DNA of 64,000 nucleotides from Takakia lepidozioides (GCA_030704615.1 CM060734.1:50778001-50842000); one strand, 5' to 3'; shown: positions 11,492 through 26,069, counted from the stretch's first letter. Notes: generated by a model not told the origin, from the letters alone. Made by a program: numbers and translations.

Positions 11492-14400
11492 CTATAGCAA
11501 GTCCAAAAGAGGGGGTTCACTTTTGCTAGTCTTTGCACTGCTGACCTGTGGGGAGCGAATTGGTCGGATTGGATTCCTGCCTCTTCCTTTCCCCAGCCCA
11601 GAGGGTGGGGGCGGTGCAAGCTTCAAGGGACTGGGTTCAGTCTGCGGCTTCGGGGAAGTGAAAAGGTCCCCAAAATCATGTGGGTTCTGTTGCACACTAT
11701 TCTGTGCTGATGGAATGCTCCAATCGCTGGCATTCAAAGGAGATTTGGTCTCAAATGTGTCCTTCGATGTCGTCACCCCACTGGTCCAGCTGCCAAACTG
11801 TGTGTGCCCATCCCTGGCTACACTACCTGTGCTGCTACTGGTAGTTGAAGTGGTGGTGCGTGGTGGCCAGTCAGCAAATGGATCAAAGTCATCACCTATG
11901 ACCTGTGGGGCTGTCAAAGAAAGGCTTCCAAATCCATTCGTTCCTAAACTTGCAGAACTTCCTACACCTTGGGTCATTGTAGAGGCTGTAACACTGACAG
12001 GAGCGACTGGAGGAGGCCACTCGAAAGACGGAGATGGAAAGGATGATTGCTGAGGAGGGATGACTGAAACTGGTGGAAGCAGAGATGTGGAGGCCTGTGA
12101 GGTAGGCATTGTGCTTATTGAGGGAGTTGGTGAAGGAGCCTTTGAAGATGCCATGGCTGCTGTCAGAAAAATTTCTGGTGTGCTAACACTTCTTTTGCTC
12201 TTTGAAGAGCCCCAGTCTGCATCCCATGCACTATCTCGTCCACCTGCTGCAGTCCCATTCCCTGTGGCCTTGACGCTTCCCCGTTCTGGCACACTCAGAG
12301 CCATGGATTTCACATCTAAGGAAACGGGCTCCACCTCATTCACTGTTACTCCCCGCTTCTCCTCTATTTTCCTGTGCAATTTTGAAGCAATTATCATCCC
12401 CCATTGCCTCAACTTGAGTTCCTTTAGTCATTCCCTTCATTTTCCTTGCTCTCAGTTCACAAGTAAATATAACCACAACGTACTGCTTGTTTAATGTACC
12501 CGTACCTGATGCATGACTGTCTATGTGCGTCTACACATGTCCTTTGTAAGCAGATGGCAGCCTGCTCTCCAGTACATCAAAACTATTGAGGAGGAACCAA
12601 TACCTGAGGACCTCCTTCACAAAGTGCATATATTTGGCAAACTGTTGACTGTTGAGCTGCTGGACGACTAGCAATGGACACAACAGTGGGAGCAGATGCT
12701 CAGAAGCGAACTCAACGCCAAACTACAAACCAACAATCACACCGTTAGCATCCACCTTCCTAAACCATTCCCAAGCCCGCTTTGGTCATTGCACCCACCG
12801 TATCGAGACTCATTACAAATACTTGTACGACAACTGTGATGTCTGACGAGTCTATTGCAGCAGCTGAATGCATGCATTGGAAATCCCTCATAAGCTCACT
12901 CTCAGACTTGTGCTAATTTGGTCACTATGATCAGTTAGGGCCGCCCCACTGACAGCACAAGCCATCCACATCCGGTGTTCTTTGTGCTTATCTTAACAAG
13001 AGGAAACTTAATCAAGGCCTTGCCCACTTCTTAATCCCTCGGAACCATGAACATGCGGCAAATGACTCGTAGACTAGAGTTCACTTAGCAAACTGAATGA
13101 CATTACAGGATTACAGTGAGATAGACCTGCTTGTGAATAGCTGAAGCCACACCGAGTGTGCACATGAGAGTGGGAGCAGAGTGGTCAACAGCTGTGCAGC
13201 GCTGCAGCGTCTGCAACACTTCTAGCACACCCGCCCTGTCTAATCGTTGAACCACCTCACCCAGACAGAGGAGAGCATTCACGCGAACCTGGTCCATTAG
13301 GTATTCAGTTCACATATGTACTTGCAGAGAAACCCCAACTCCCTTTCATCACTGGAATGCACAGTAGTAAGGAACTACAGGGCATAGCCACAAAACCTAA
13401 ACCTAAAAAGGGAAAGGCAGAGACACATAAGAAAATGCTAAGGTCGTGAGCATAGTAACTGCAGCCATTGTAGTCTTCAGAGCCAGTCCATGAACACGGG
13501 GCAGAATAGACTGCTTCAAGACCTGCACCCACAGACCAGTAGTAAAGACCAGTAGTTACCAATTGATAAGGTCAGAATCCAAGGAAGCATGAGGAGACTT
13601 GAAATATGGCCGAACATGAATGCCTGTACAAGGTAGTCTCCAGGGCTGGAAAAAGGAAGACAGGAAAGACCGTGAAATCAAGCTGTTTTGTAAGCGAAAG
13701 TGTTCGCTTCAACACTTCCTCTTGCATCCGCGCATCTGGGTCCTCATACGCCCGGACCAACATTGGCACTACGTGGGCTGCCAGCACTTCAGCTCCCACC
13801 TGTTGCATCAGACAAATTTTAGCATCTCTGCCCATAAACCCTGCAGGACCATCCAACCCAACTGAATTCTAATATCTATAATTGTTCAACACTACGTTAA
13901 TGCTAATTTGAGTAAGAATGGCACCTCTAGCACATGGTAACTCCTGGCCTAAAAACTCGCTCTACATGTAGCTCAAGGATAAGATTAGTGTTGTACCGAT
14001 AAAACAATTTAGCCTGCTAGAGTTGAAAAGTGCAAGCATCATTGACAGGACCTAAAGATGCCAAAGTAACTGGACAAATGATAGGTCTATGGCAGATGAA
14101 TGGCAGATGATATCTTCGGTTATTGTAGACAACTGGAAATGGGGACACTGGTCTGCAGACGAGCTACACCTAATCTTTCTTCATGCAGAATTGTAAACAG
14201 CACGAAAAGTAAATTGCTGCACCTTATCAATGAGGAGGCTTGCATGCTTGACAAGCAGCAGCAATGTGTCTCCCGTAGCAGAGCTGAGGACAGGTAACAA
14301 TGCGGGAAGTGTTGATGACTCAAAATCAACCTTCTCCTGCAGAACTTGCCAAGCCCCCCATCAATTAATGCTGTTAAGAGGCTCCTGCCCATGTCATATT

Positions 14401-17400
14401 TCCAATTCCTCAGTGCTTCGTACCAGGTACTTTACCATAGAGAATCCCCCACCTATGTCAGACCACAGCATAAAGCAGCAAGGACAAGGAGGAAGATGTA
14501 CCTGGGACTCTGCGATTGTGAGGACCATAGGGAGCACCATGGGCTGCATCACCCCATTCCGGAGCTCTGCACATAGCGGTGGCAGCACCTTCACCCCAAC
14601 AAAAGCCATAAGACCTCCGCAATGAATGATATGATAGGAAATGTAGATTAGAGAGGTATTGGACAGGTCGCTGTTGCTGGCATAGAAAGCTGGTGTGTTC
14701 TAACTTCCCTAATCACACTATCACATAATTGTAGGAGACTTGCAAACGAGACATTGAATGCTGCAAGCTCACATTTTTTGAACTATGTGATATACATATA
14801 CGTTTGGATATGCTCATATGGAAATTGTTGTTAGTCATATCAAGGTAGTTGGAGACCGTGATTTTTAAGGTCTATGGGAAGCTCAAAGAGTTCGAGACAC
14901 AGATATAAATGTACTCATAAGACGTTTGTCATAGCCTTGTGGCCATAGACCCTGTGCATGATAGATAGATTGTACTCATAAGACGTTGTTTGCCGTAGCC
15001 TTGTGGCCATTGACCCGCATGATAGATAGAGACAGAATATGAGAGAGATTGTACTCATAAGACGTTGTTTGCCGTAGCCTGAATATGAGAGAGAGAAATT
15101 CATAGAAGAGGAGCTGGAGCAGACCTTGTACCGGAGAACACGTGCATCAAAGCTGGTCCACATGTCTGCCATTGCTTTCAAAAATTCAGACTTTTGCATA
15201 TTGTCCCTTTCCTACCCATCCCAGAGACCATGCAGTTCTTCAGGATTCATGATGTATGATATATGACAAGATGAGGGTACCATCCAGTTTTCTCCTGTAA
15301 ACTTCAGATACAAAGGCCAACTACACCTCATGTTTACCAAAAGAAAAGAAAAGGTGCAACAATCACACTGGATGGACCTGAAGCCCTTAACTTCTGACAA
15401 CAGCTGATTGTACACATTGCATGCACCTGCTTGCCCCCTAGCCTAAAATGACTACTAGCTATTCCCTCCAAACCCTCGGTTCTCCCCTTCACTCCCTCCC
15501 TCTCGTATGTTGAAGTTCCATATCTGAGTTGTGGGGGTGGAAGAAGGCTCGTACAAGCAGGTGGTCAAGAAAGCGGAGGGCCCGCAACCTTGTGTCATCC
15601 CGAAAGAAAGGAGAGCCTGCACAAACCGACAAATTTGGATTAATTGTATATAGCATACACTGTACCCATCTAGATCGCTTCTAGAAATACACCATTATCA
15701 TTGTTTCTAATCTGGCCATTGAAAGCTATTGATACAAACCAGTGTTTGTCTTAGTATGACCACCAGTGAACTCACCCAAAGTACTCCTATTGCAACGTGA
15801 CATTCTCATTTTCATTTTATATCAGCAAAACTGTACATCAGAGCTCTCTGCTTGATGGGAGAGACCCATTCCAGGATAAATGGAGAGCAAGTGAGAGAGG
15901 AGATAGGTTTTCAAAGGAGGTAAAGAAAACAGAGAGAGTAGCTGAAATGGGAAGTGCCTACTGGTGAAATCCATGGCGCTTGGTCGAGAAAGCTCATCCA
16001 CGTTAAGCATCTGTCTCAAGTCTTGTACAAGCTCTGATGGAATGTTTGAAAAGCTCTCATTCATAAAGAAAGACACCTTGCTATTATACTGGGGCCACAC
16101 CAACACATTGTTAGACAGCTACCTTGCGCCAAGCAGGATGGGATCAATTCAGAGGACACAAAGGTCTTTCATATCGCCTTTATGGCCCCCTCTCGAAGTT
16201 CTCAAAAAGGTCAGGCAAAACTAAGGAAAAGGCTTTTCTAAATAGCTAGTTCCACACAGCTTGTCATGCCCATTCAGAGACAGGTTCTGAAAATTAATCC
16301 ACACTGCTGAACCAAGACTAAAGATGACTGACTCCACAACTTCAATGACAGATCATGTCTAAAGCCTAATTAGGACTACTTATATGAAGGTACAAAATGC
16401 ACCGTTTGTAGGTTGTTATAGCATTGAAGGAGTGGTCTGTGGGCGAGTAAGTGATATGAAAGGCAAGCCAGACTGAAGATGTCAGTTGATGCACGAGGCC
16501 CAGAGGTAGACTTCCGAGTAAGCTCTGGTGCTGCATAATCAAGCGGTGGCTGCAATGGCATGACCACATCATCCACATCGTAATCCTGTTTGCCCAGCAC
16601 CCAATTCATACAAACACACTCAATGTTTGCTGAGAAACGTGTTGTTCTGGGATTTGCTTAGTACTGAATCGTTCTGTATCAGTCCATACACACATTGAAG
16701 TCTTTGCCATATTCTCAACACTCTGGCATGCCATCTGCAAGAGCCCACTTATTGTATACTAAATCCAGGGACCCCTAGGCAATTCCTGCCCACATGAGAA
16801 GGCTGTCCATAATTAGCTTCAACTGCCTTGATATGTTTATGGAAGGCAGCCTTAAGAGAGTTTCAACAAATCGAGACCACTCAGGATGTTCCCTACTCTC
16901 CAGCTTAATAATACAGACGATAATACATAAGCCTGTCTACACTTGCCAAAGCATGTTCCTTCCTTGTCAACCCAAATAAATGAGAAAGGAAAACTTTACT
17001 GGAAAATGGAAAGCCGGTCCTCCACTGGGATCAGTCACAGGCTGGTCCACATTTACAGCAAACCCAAAGCCTGCAAGCTTCCATGCTCCACTGGATGTGA
17101 TATACACTGCCTGCCACACCCACAATTATTCCCTAACTGTATTGTTTGCTATCACAGATAGGGACTAAACCAAGAATGCCAACAATCAACCCTGGAATAT
17201 CCAGCAAGTTTGAGGTAAAAATTCCATGTTCGGCAACTATGCCAGTGATATCACACAACCTCCAATCTCCTGTGAAAACTGCTATTTGTGACAAAATAGA
17301 AGCCCTGCATTCTAGTAGAATCAACCGTAAATACTTTCAAGGACTGAGTTTTGACTCTTGCTGACATCTATCCTAGCAAAAAGACTACCTGATCATAGAT

Positions 17401-20400
17401 CATTTCATTTTTTGACAAAAAATACAAAAGAGAGGGGCAAAGAAGAAGAAAAAAAGAGGACTCCTCCCGGAGGAAGTGTAAATTTAGTGTCACTTCATCC
17501 CAAAGGACTAATGCCTTCCATTCGAAGGTGGTAGGGGCAAAGAACACTTGAAACCACAAAAGGCAACACACAAAAGAGAAAATGGTGAACCAAGGAAAAT
17601 GCATGCAGAAGGTGACTGTACTCTTACCTCTGGTGAAATGGCACGGTGGATGAGGCGGGCATTGTTATGGAGGAAATTCAAAGACTCAGCAAGCTGCAAA
17701 AGGCCATGCTTTATTTCCAGCTGTCCTAGCTCCTGTATCACATATACACAGAATTTGGTCAATGCATCTCATCGACATATTTTTCAGTTGTAAACTCTAG
17801 GCACATATATCACAAGGAAGGTCGACTCCCCTTCACAATCAGTTCAAAGCTTATCTGTTTCAGGGCAAGCCGTAATGTTCTCCAGCAATCATAAGCAGCC
17901 AAGCCTCAACCGAACTCATTGACTAATGTTGATTGGGCTCCAATGGGTCCAATATTCTTTAGGAAGAAATCAGCACTCCCGTAGTGGGACTTACCTTGAT
18001 ATGAACAGTTAGTTCGGACTTTCCAGATCTCCCCTAGAAAGCCCTTCACACAAGCATCAATCTGCTGTGTGTGACCTGCCCAGCAATTAGGCCCCAACAG
18101 GGCCAGGGCTTTCAGCTCTGCCTTGAGATTTTGAAAGTTGGTGAACAGAGGTGGAGGAGGGACTATGTTCGTGATGGGTCCTTACCAGGGTCAGTCTCTA
18201 GGGAGGGTATCCGGGACATTGTACCAGAAAATGGATGTTGTCTTCAGGCCACCCCCACATCAGGCATTGACAATCTCCCTTTCCTCTCTGCATCTGTTTA
18301 TTCTTCAAAGGTGGCTCCCTGCCCTGAGACATTTCTGTCTAGTGCCAAGGGCAGGCCCTTCAGATCATCCTTAAGATTCTCACCCATATCACAAACTGAA
18401 AATCCACACGGCAGATGCGTACTCCAAAGTAGGCCTATTATTGTTTCAAAGCACGTTTCTTTTTACTTCAGTATTAATCCCTTTACAGTGGAAATATTCT
18501 GTGAGACCCAAAGCTTTGCGTTTAGCTGTTTGAACCACTTTTTGTATATGCACATCCCAGTTACAACTGGAGGCAAGCTCAACACCAAGATATGTGACGG
18601 AGGGAGCACAGGGATCCCTTCCCCCATATCCATTTGAGATCCCCTCTTGTCCCCATGATAATTGAAGGACACCACCCCCCGTTTAATAACATCGGCTTCT
18701 ATCCTCCACAGGGCAAAGTACCTCTTTGCACAATCAATCAACTCCTGAAGATTGGATGGGGTATCCTCTAGGCTTACGAAGTCATCTACAAACATAAGAG
18801 CTGGTATGGTGGGATCACCCACCTTCAACCCAAATCCCTCGCTTCCACATCTTCAAGGAGCTGATTAAAGCAAACATTGAAGAGCAGTGGAGTGAGGGTA
18901 CATCCTTGAGCTACACCTTGCTCAATGTCAAAGAAATTAGACTTCTGGCCATCAACCATAACACGAATTTGGTGTTCACATACAGGTTGTGAGCCATCCT
19001 CCACATCTTCTCCTGACCCCGGATGACCACACTGGAAGCCACAGCCCGTCGAGCCATACCGTGTCATAGCCTATGTAACATCCAGAAAGACGAAGTGGAT
19101 TGTCCTTCATTTTTCCTTCCCTGGATAGTCTGGTGGCTTAGGGTAAAGATATGGTTGATGCAGTCCCTATTTCTCTGGAGGCCCACCTGAACTTCATGGA
19201 AAAACTTGTAGACTCCAAATCAACCTCAAGACAGGTTCTTATTATCCTACAAAACAGCTTCAAATGAGAGATTAACTAACCCACCAGGTCCTTCAACTCG
19301 TTCGGCACTTTGGCAACATTATCCATGCGGCCCAGCACATTGGCCACTGATGCAAAGATTGGTTCTGTCACCATAGCCATTGCACCCTTGCTTTCATCAA
19401 GTGCTTGGACCACCCGTACCACACCAGGATGCCGCAATCGCATTAGCTGTGCCGCATCTGCCCTCACCAGATCTAGAAACGCCTCCTCCGCAGCCCTAAA
19501 TTGTTCCACAGGTCCTATTTCATTTTCATGCAATTCCTTTCGGCACCTTAAAACAGATTATCCCTGTTCACTAGACTTGGCCTTGTGTTCTCTGTGTGGA
19601 ACCCTAGGAGGTTTAGTGTGTATTTTGTGGTGGAAGATGTGACCTGAGCTTCAGAATGCTCTCCAATTGAGCTAAATGGCTCCATACTGCACAAAATTCA
19701 TGGTTCACTAGAATCCTACAGATATCCAGCCAGCTTGGCCTTGGCCACTTTTTGACAGATAACTGTTAAAGGTGGGATGATGCTCTTCAACAAACCGGTA
19801 GTCACATCCTGAAGTACTCGAAATGCAAACAACAGGTCTGCGCCGGAAAGAAGGCTCATACATAAACAAGAGTTTACTGACGCTGGGCACTGTGAGCGCT
19901 AACCTTTCTTTCCTGTAACCCAATCAAATCATAGAGGGAGAAACAGGCAATGGTGTCGTCGGTACAAGCCATTCCCACAAAATTGCATCATAAAAATTGC
20001 ATGTGTACATAAACTCAAACTAATTTGCCTGATGTATGTGGTCCGTTTTGAGGGGGCATCAATGACTACGATAAGGACCTCCATAGAAGAAAACCTAAAA
20101 TCCTAACCAGGACATCTGCCCTCCATCTCGTAGACAGAGTGTACCTCGAAATACCCGCACGGAGTCTCAAATCTGCCAACGCTTTCTTGTCCAAAACCCA
20201 GACACAGACTTCGGCATTGTGTATCTGAGTGGCCTTGTTCCGAGGCCTTCCCGCATAAAGCTTCCAAGCCAATCCAGGTCCTCCAGACCCCACCTGTTCC
20301 AGGAGGTCATAATCCTGCAGTGCTCGCGGTCCTGTAACCTCATGCACTGTGCTTTGCACCGTTTTCTCTATCACTGCCGCTGTCTTTGCTAATGCCTGGG

Positions 20401-20425
20401 TGAAGCTCTTCATATTGAGCGACAT
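11492..20425 (-). CDS. SCYL2: SCY1-like protein 2 (pseudokinase + HEAT repeats, clathrin-associated)
   Basis: 15 exons: 20145-20425, 19285-19495, 17628-17732, 17000-17110, 16403-16585, 15962-16088, 15555-15616, 15125-15211, 14502-14588, 14223-14336, 13671-13799, 13460-13522, 13127-13288, 12604-12722, 11492-12371. Motifs [54 protein letters not shown] and C-terminal PPLLDLL*. Confidence 0.93.
14909..15080 (-). mobile_element. Three ultra-short 3' tails of LINE family A
   Basis: Copies at about 14909-14955, 14970-15016 (TSD GCATGATAGATAGA 14956-69/15017-30) and 15049-15080 (TSD GAATATGAGAGAGA 15035-48/15081-94). Confidence 0.9.
17930..19265 (-). mobile_element. RTE/RTEX-like LINE (family A) with decayed reverse transcriptase
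   Basis: RT motifs [15 protein letters not shown] and ALMFVDD (18463-19067), then the family-A 3' region after an internal deletion near 18400. Lies in SCYL2 intron 2. Confidence 0.9.
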
Positions 20426-20996
20426 GAAGGGCTGATGGAGGGGATTCAGTATCAGGGAGGGAGAAAGAGAGAGAGAGAGAGACGAGCGAGATTAAATTTG
20501 GTTTACGTGAGGTCAATCATTGCAATGCCGTAGAAGAAGAGATGATGCAAGACTTATAAATGTCATAATGGAAAATTGTAGTTTAGGGTTAGTGGTCCAG
20601 GTGACCAATTTAAAGATGCTGCCTGGGATAGACACTCGGAAGGCAAGCTCAGTAAGAAAAATTGGGGAAGGCAGGAGCATTTGTCATAAAATTTCTAAAC
20701 ACTTTCAGATCTATTGAAATGCATCAAGCTCGATTACTGTATCAGGGGGGTATACAGTCACCTACTTCACCGTCAATGGAGACATGGAACTCTCTATGAA
20801 CAGATTTCCCCAGCTCACCGCAAGGAATTCCTTCGAGATCTTCTTAGCATCTTCAAATCTCTCAATTCAGACTTCATGGAAGAAGAACAGCTGGCAGGTG
20901 CCGGTACCATTGAGACTTTTGCTCCCTCTCACACATCATACTGTAGGTATACAGAATTATATGTATATGTATGTATATGAAAACTCTGCCAACATA

Positions 20997-21029
20997 TACA
21001 TACATACATACATACATACATACATACAT
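20997..21029. repeat. (TACA)n microsatellite
   Basis: About 8 TACA units, with a complementary TATG-rich tract at 20958-20979. Confidence 0.9.
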
Positions 21030-22197
21030 CGTAGACTGTGTGTCTTCTTCCCCAAGCTGCTGCTCCTGTGTTTGATGAATTTCCACAAGTCTATCAACGT
21101 CATGTGAGGAGGGGTTTGGGCAAAGCGATTTTTACTTCCTGTTCGTGTCTGTGTGGGATCTCTGGGAGACTCGGGTAGCAGGGTAAGGTGCGAAATCATG
21201 AAGCACCATTATTAGTCCAGCTACTGTTTTCTGGTCCTGGTCTTATTGTTTTCTGATCCATTTAGCAGCCCACAATGTGATCAGGTCTGAGACTAACAAA
21301 AGGGAGCTTTTGGAATTCAACGTATCCAGGAAGTTGAATTCAACGTATCCAGGGATTTGTGGGGAAACGTTTTGCAAGGTGCATGGCCTCGACAGTGCCT
21401 ATGTCAACATTGATGGAGTACATTGTAAGAATGCTCTCTTGCTCGATTAGAGTGACAACACCGACAACGACACGAAACAGCTATGGGGCTCTGAAATGAA
21501 TCAGGCAGAAAGATTGGACGATTCAAGAATATAAACAACGTGATTATCTCATCTCAACGATATTTGACCGAGTACGAGGAACTGCCTGTAAGTTAGAGTA
21601 AACGTGGGTAAGCTCAAAGGCTATGTGCGATAGCAGTTCAGATTCGACAGAAAATTTGGAAATCGAAGTCGAAAGTTGCGGACAATGAGGACGCCACCTT
21701 CGTACACCATTCCACTCACTGGTCATTGCCACCATCGAGGGGCATGTCAAAGGGCAGCTCGAGCTACAGATTCTTCCATGGTAAGAATGTGCATCCATGG
21801 GGGGACACCACCATTTGGGCTACTGAGTTTTGGAGGTGTATAAGTAGAAAACAGGAGCTGTATATGGGCACAAAGTTTTCTTTTCTTCTGCGTGGTTGGC
21901 AGACAATATATAAACTTTTTCACGAACACATTCACAAGGAACTCTTACCTGCAGGCTACTTTACCTGGGAAGATTCCAATTTCAATTGTGCATTCCATTA
22001 GGCAACCAAGCTGACAGTCTCTGGCCGAGAAAAAATCTGATGTTTATCGCTACGATGACCCTAATGAACAGCATGTCTTGACCAAAATGCCTAATCAAAT
22101 GTCCTCACTACAAAAATTGTAATCCCGGAACCATCAATAATGTATGTACGCATTGTCTTTTTGAGAGTAGTCTTGCTATCCTTGGGCACACCATTTC

Positions 22198-24680
22198 TCA
22201 AGGGAAGGTACAGCCACTGTAGCCTGCACAGGAATCAGAGATTGTTGTGAGCAACGCATACCATCAGGTAAACAACAAAAGAGGAATCCCTCTTTTCCGA
22301 AGCCTTCTCTTAATCGAAACACTCTGCTTGCCAGCATTGCAACCCAATTCAGTCATGTGCTAGCACTTTCAGTCACTACCAGGCATCAGAAGGTTTCGCA
22401 AGCCCATGATCCACAGATTTGGTTACAGCTCTCATCAAATCAGAGAGCGAGTGAGCTGCGCCTCACTACTTTCCGTCCATCAGTGACTGTCCATCAGCAT
22501 ATATGCTCCGCAGAAAATCTGAACGTTAATGACATCTAGTTGCATAATCTATCAATTGAGTGAAGATATACAGAAAGAATTGGAGAGTGTACTTACTTGG
22601 GTCAGTTATGGTGACGATTCCTGTGCCGCTGAAGAAGCAATTCCAGTAGTTTCGTCCCATTTTCTGGTAGTAGGAATTGAAGGCGTACGAAGCATGAGAG
22701 TACAAGGTGTTTGGAGAGTAGCAAGTCTGCCCAGTCTGGATAGGCGAACAATCCGCACCGCCTTGTCCACATGCAAAGTTGAGAGCATTACTCACCTGGT
22801 CCGTGGACGCACCAGCCTTTGCTACGCACCACGTTTTCCCTGATGGTGAACTCTGCACTGGAGCGGGAGGTGATGGACTCGTGGGAGTTGTCACAGAGGG
22901 AGGGGAGGGGGACTCCGTGGGTGAGGGAGTGAAGGGAGGTGGTGGCGGGTACACTACTTCAGGGGAAGGGGGAGGGGGAGGCGGACTAAAGACTTGCGTC
23001 GGAGGGGGGGTGGACTATAGGTGGGAGTCTCGCTCACAGGTGGAGGCGGGCTGCTAGCAGGGACAGGGGTCGGGGATTCTGGACTTGGAGCAACTGGTGT
23101 AGGTGACGGAGGTGGAGAGCCAGACTCAGGAGGCGATGGGCTGGAAGGGGGTGATCCAGAAGTCTGCACAAGGCCCACATTATATACAACGCTCTCGTCG
23201 GGATTGAACAGACCGAAATTGCGCTCGGAGGAAGGGCCTGGCTTCAGATCCTCATTGAACAGAGCAAATATGTAGACATCAAGGGACGAATTCGGTCTCA
23301 GGGGAGTGCCAGCGTTGGAGGCGATGTGCTTGATGAGGTTTCCGTTGTAGAGCTGGGCGTTAGAAATACTGCAGCCGACCTCTGTTGCATCACCGCTCGA
23401 AGGCCAACCGGTCTCAGAAACAACTACAGAAATTTCTTTATGACCTACCCTCTCAAGAGCAGAGTAGACTGCATCAACCTGTGCGTCGAGCATATTGGTG
23501 TAGTGCAAGCCAGTGTTGAGATCACCCACACCGGCGTCGGATTCGAAGAGGACATAATTGAGAGACACGTTGTTGGCATCAGAGGCATACGCGAAATAGG
23601 GGTATGCATTGATCATGAGTGGGGATGATGTCTGCGAGAGGAAAGTGAGCACTGGTGTGAGCGTATCCGTCACGTTGCTTGCGAATATCCCAGCTGACGG
23701 AGGGTAGGACTTACTCAAGATAGTCAAAGATTGAGGAGCAGACACTTTCACTTGTCCATCGAGCTTCAGGTTCACCAGAGCAGTGTGAACGTTGACCATG
23801 GCTGGAGCCAACTGCGGAGATACGTTGGTAGCCAAAGTGAGCACTTCATTACCCACAGCAATGACAGTGATCGATGTTGCAGGCATGTAGGCGGCAATAT
23901 TCGACTCCACCCAGGACTGTGCTGCGGTGGCACTGCCTGCCAGTGCAGGGATATCCTCATTTGGGACCCCCACCACAACATTGATGTTCGTGTTCGCGAA
24001 GGCCTCCAAGGTGGCCTGGTCTGGATTGTAAATCTTCACATTTCGAAGGGACGTGGTCAACAGCAGCTGTGCCGTTTGAGCTGGAGGCGGCAGGTTGTTA
24101 GCCAGAATGCCATAATTCACACCCACATAGCCAGCTCCTGCACGCCACTTCCAACTAGTCAGAACCGCAAGTATGAAACAAAAGGACGACCCTTCATGCA
24201 CACGACTACCTTCAGGACAGTCAAGTCCGAAACTGGAAGCCAAACACAGATAATGGTGCTCAAGGGCTTTAATCAGCGGCTATATGAGTCTCCGTGCCTT
24301 ACCCTTTCGGATTCAAACTAGCTACATCAGTAAGAAAGCATAAGTTAGCACTGCAAAGATATCATCAACATGTGCATCGGATGTTCCACAAAGAGGTGAA
24401 GCTTTGATCAAATCTAGGTAAGCTCCAGGCCTTCCCTCTTGGCTTCAAGTTCATGCAGTTAAAACTGCAAGACCTCATGCCAATCCTAAGCTCAGAATTC
24501 AGCACCCACTCAAAGCCGGGTGCCACATCCTTTCACACCCCCTCTTGAATATCTTCAAACAGTACCGCTCGGCAGTCTCTCTCACTCTAACACACCAATC
24601 TCGGGTGTAGTAAACAGACCTGTCCGGGCGATGGTGCAAGCAACACACAGCACGACCACAAGCTGGCCGAGGAAAAGCAT
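22198..24680 (-). CDS. Glucan endo-1,3-beta-glucosidase (GH17) + Pro-rich linker + X8/CBM43 domain
   Basis: Exon 1 24620-24680 is a signal peptide (MLFLGQLVVVLCVACTIART). Exon 2 22597-24137 has VGVNYG, IAVGNEV, INAYPYFAY, VSETGWPS, FALFNEDLKPG..SERNFGLF and X8 WCVAK...C. Exon 3 22198-22223 is SYSGCTFP*. One base is missing in the G7 run 23004-23010. Confidence 0.92.
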
Positions 24681-26069
24681 AGCTACAGACGACACTTCCC
24701 TTCACTCCACCTCCCACTTCCACAACTCTCCACAGATCCCTCAGCTGATCTCTGCTAGGTATGAGCTCTCTAGCTCGTGGCAACCCACATAACACTGACC
24801 ACGCCTTCCAAATTCCTCATCCTTTGTGCCACCAGCTGGAAGCAATCTGAAGGGGGCGACTGGACACCTGGACCCACACACAAGAGCAGCAAGCCGGCAA
24901 GCATGTAAGCACAGTTTCCCAAGCTAGAGCTGCCCCAGCTGTACACTGTGATGGCGGCGCCCTGACTGTCCTGACACTGTAAGCACAGCCCGAGCGAGCC
25001 CACACTCTTGTCTGTACACATCTGCCATACATATCCCTCCTTCTCTTTCCCTGCATAACTTAGGTACCCCCTGTCCCATCCCCCTTTGCTTTTTCCTATT
25101 TTTTCCTTCTTGTCTGAAGTCAGAACTCCCTCTTTTCCTCTCTGAGATGGATAGGATTCTCTTGCTGTGATATTGGAAATGATGGCATTGGATCCACATG
25201 ATGATCATAGTTATTAGCCGTTGCCACATAACCATGGTACCAAAGAGGAGGAAAAGAAAAGGTTGACTCCTGCCAAAGCAAGCTTCAATGGTGATCACTT
25301 CACTTCAAAGATGTCAGGGACTGCAGTCCCTTTGTCATGTAAGAGAATCCCCCATGCAACCGTGGCACATATACTGTATATAGAATGAAGTGCCAGGGTT
25401 TTCTCTAAATTTTTCAACAGGCTATGTTTTTTTTTTCGTTTTCCAACGGCTATCTTGATCTTACTTACGAACTTGTTCTGTTCATATTTTAGAAATGGCA
25501 GAGACTACCGTCCCTGGACAACCCCTGAAGGCGATAATTAATTCAAAATGAAAGTGCCTAACCAATTCTGTGAAATTTTCAGATTTTGGCCTAATTGTTC
25601 GGAAACTATGGGACAAAGTGCCTAATGCCCAAAAATTCCAGCAAAAAACTTGCAAGCCTCTTCTCATGTTGTTTGTAATAAGATAAAAAATTCATTGAAC
25701 AAAAATCAATACAAATATATGCGTGCGGAAATAACTTCCTACAAATCGCAATCTATTTGAGAGAGCTCCATGTAACTTCGAACGGCCTTTGCATGGATTC
25801 CACAATGTCATCATATTAGGGTTTCATAGGAAATGAAAGGTAGCTGGAGCCTGGAAGGGCCCATGGACATTGGGTGTCTATTTTGTAATTTTATTCTTAA
25901 GAAAATAAATGTTTTCTTTTCTCATGTGCCTAATTCTAAGCAATTATAGCATGAAGATGCCTAATGTGACAAATGGTTTTCTAAACGTGCCTAATTTGCT
26001 GATTAATTGAATTTATTATTAGGTACAAAAATGCCTAAAAGGTTGTGGAAGGACTGTATATGGTTCTAT

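Noticed and set aside
11523-12494. Plus-strand ORFs of 176 and 144 aa
   Set aside because: Antisense shadows of the SCYL2 last exon; similar shadows occur over the glucanase and katanin.
14909-15094. CRISPR-like repeat-spacer array
   Set aside because: Eukaryotic intron; the repeats are LINE tails of unequal length and the spacers are TSDs.
20714-21980. Small plus-strand gene divergent from SCYL2
   Set aside because: Plausible splice sites, but no homology recognised and the frames hit stops.
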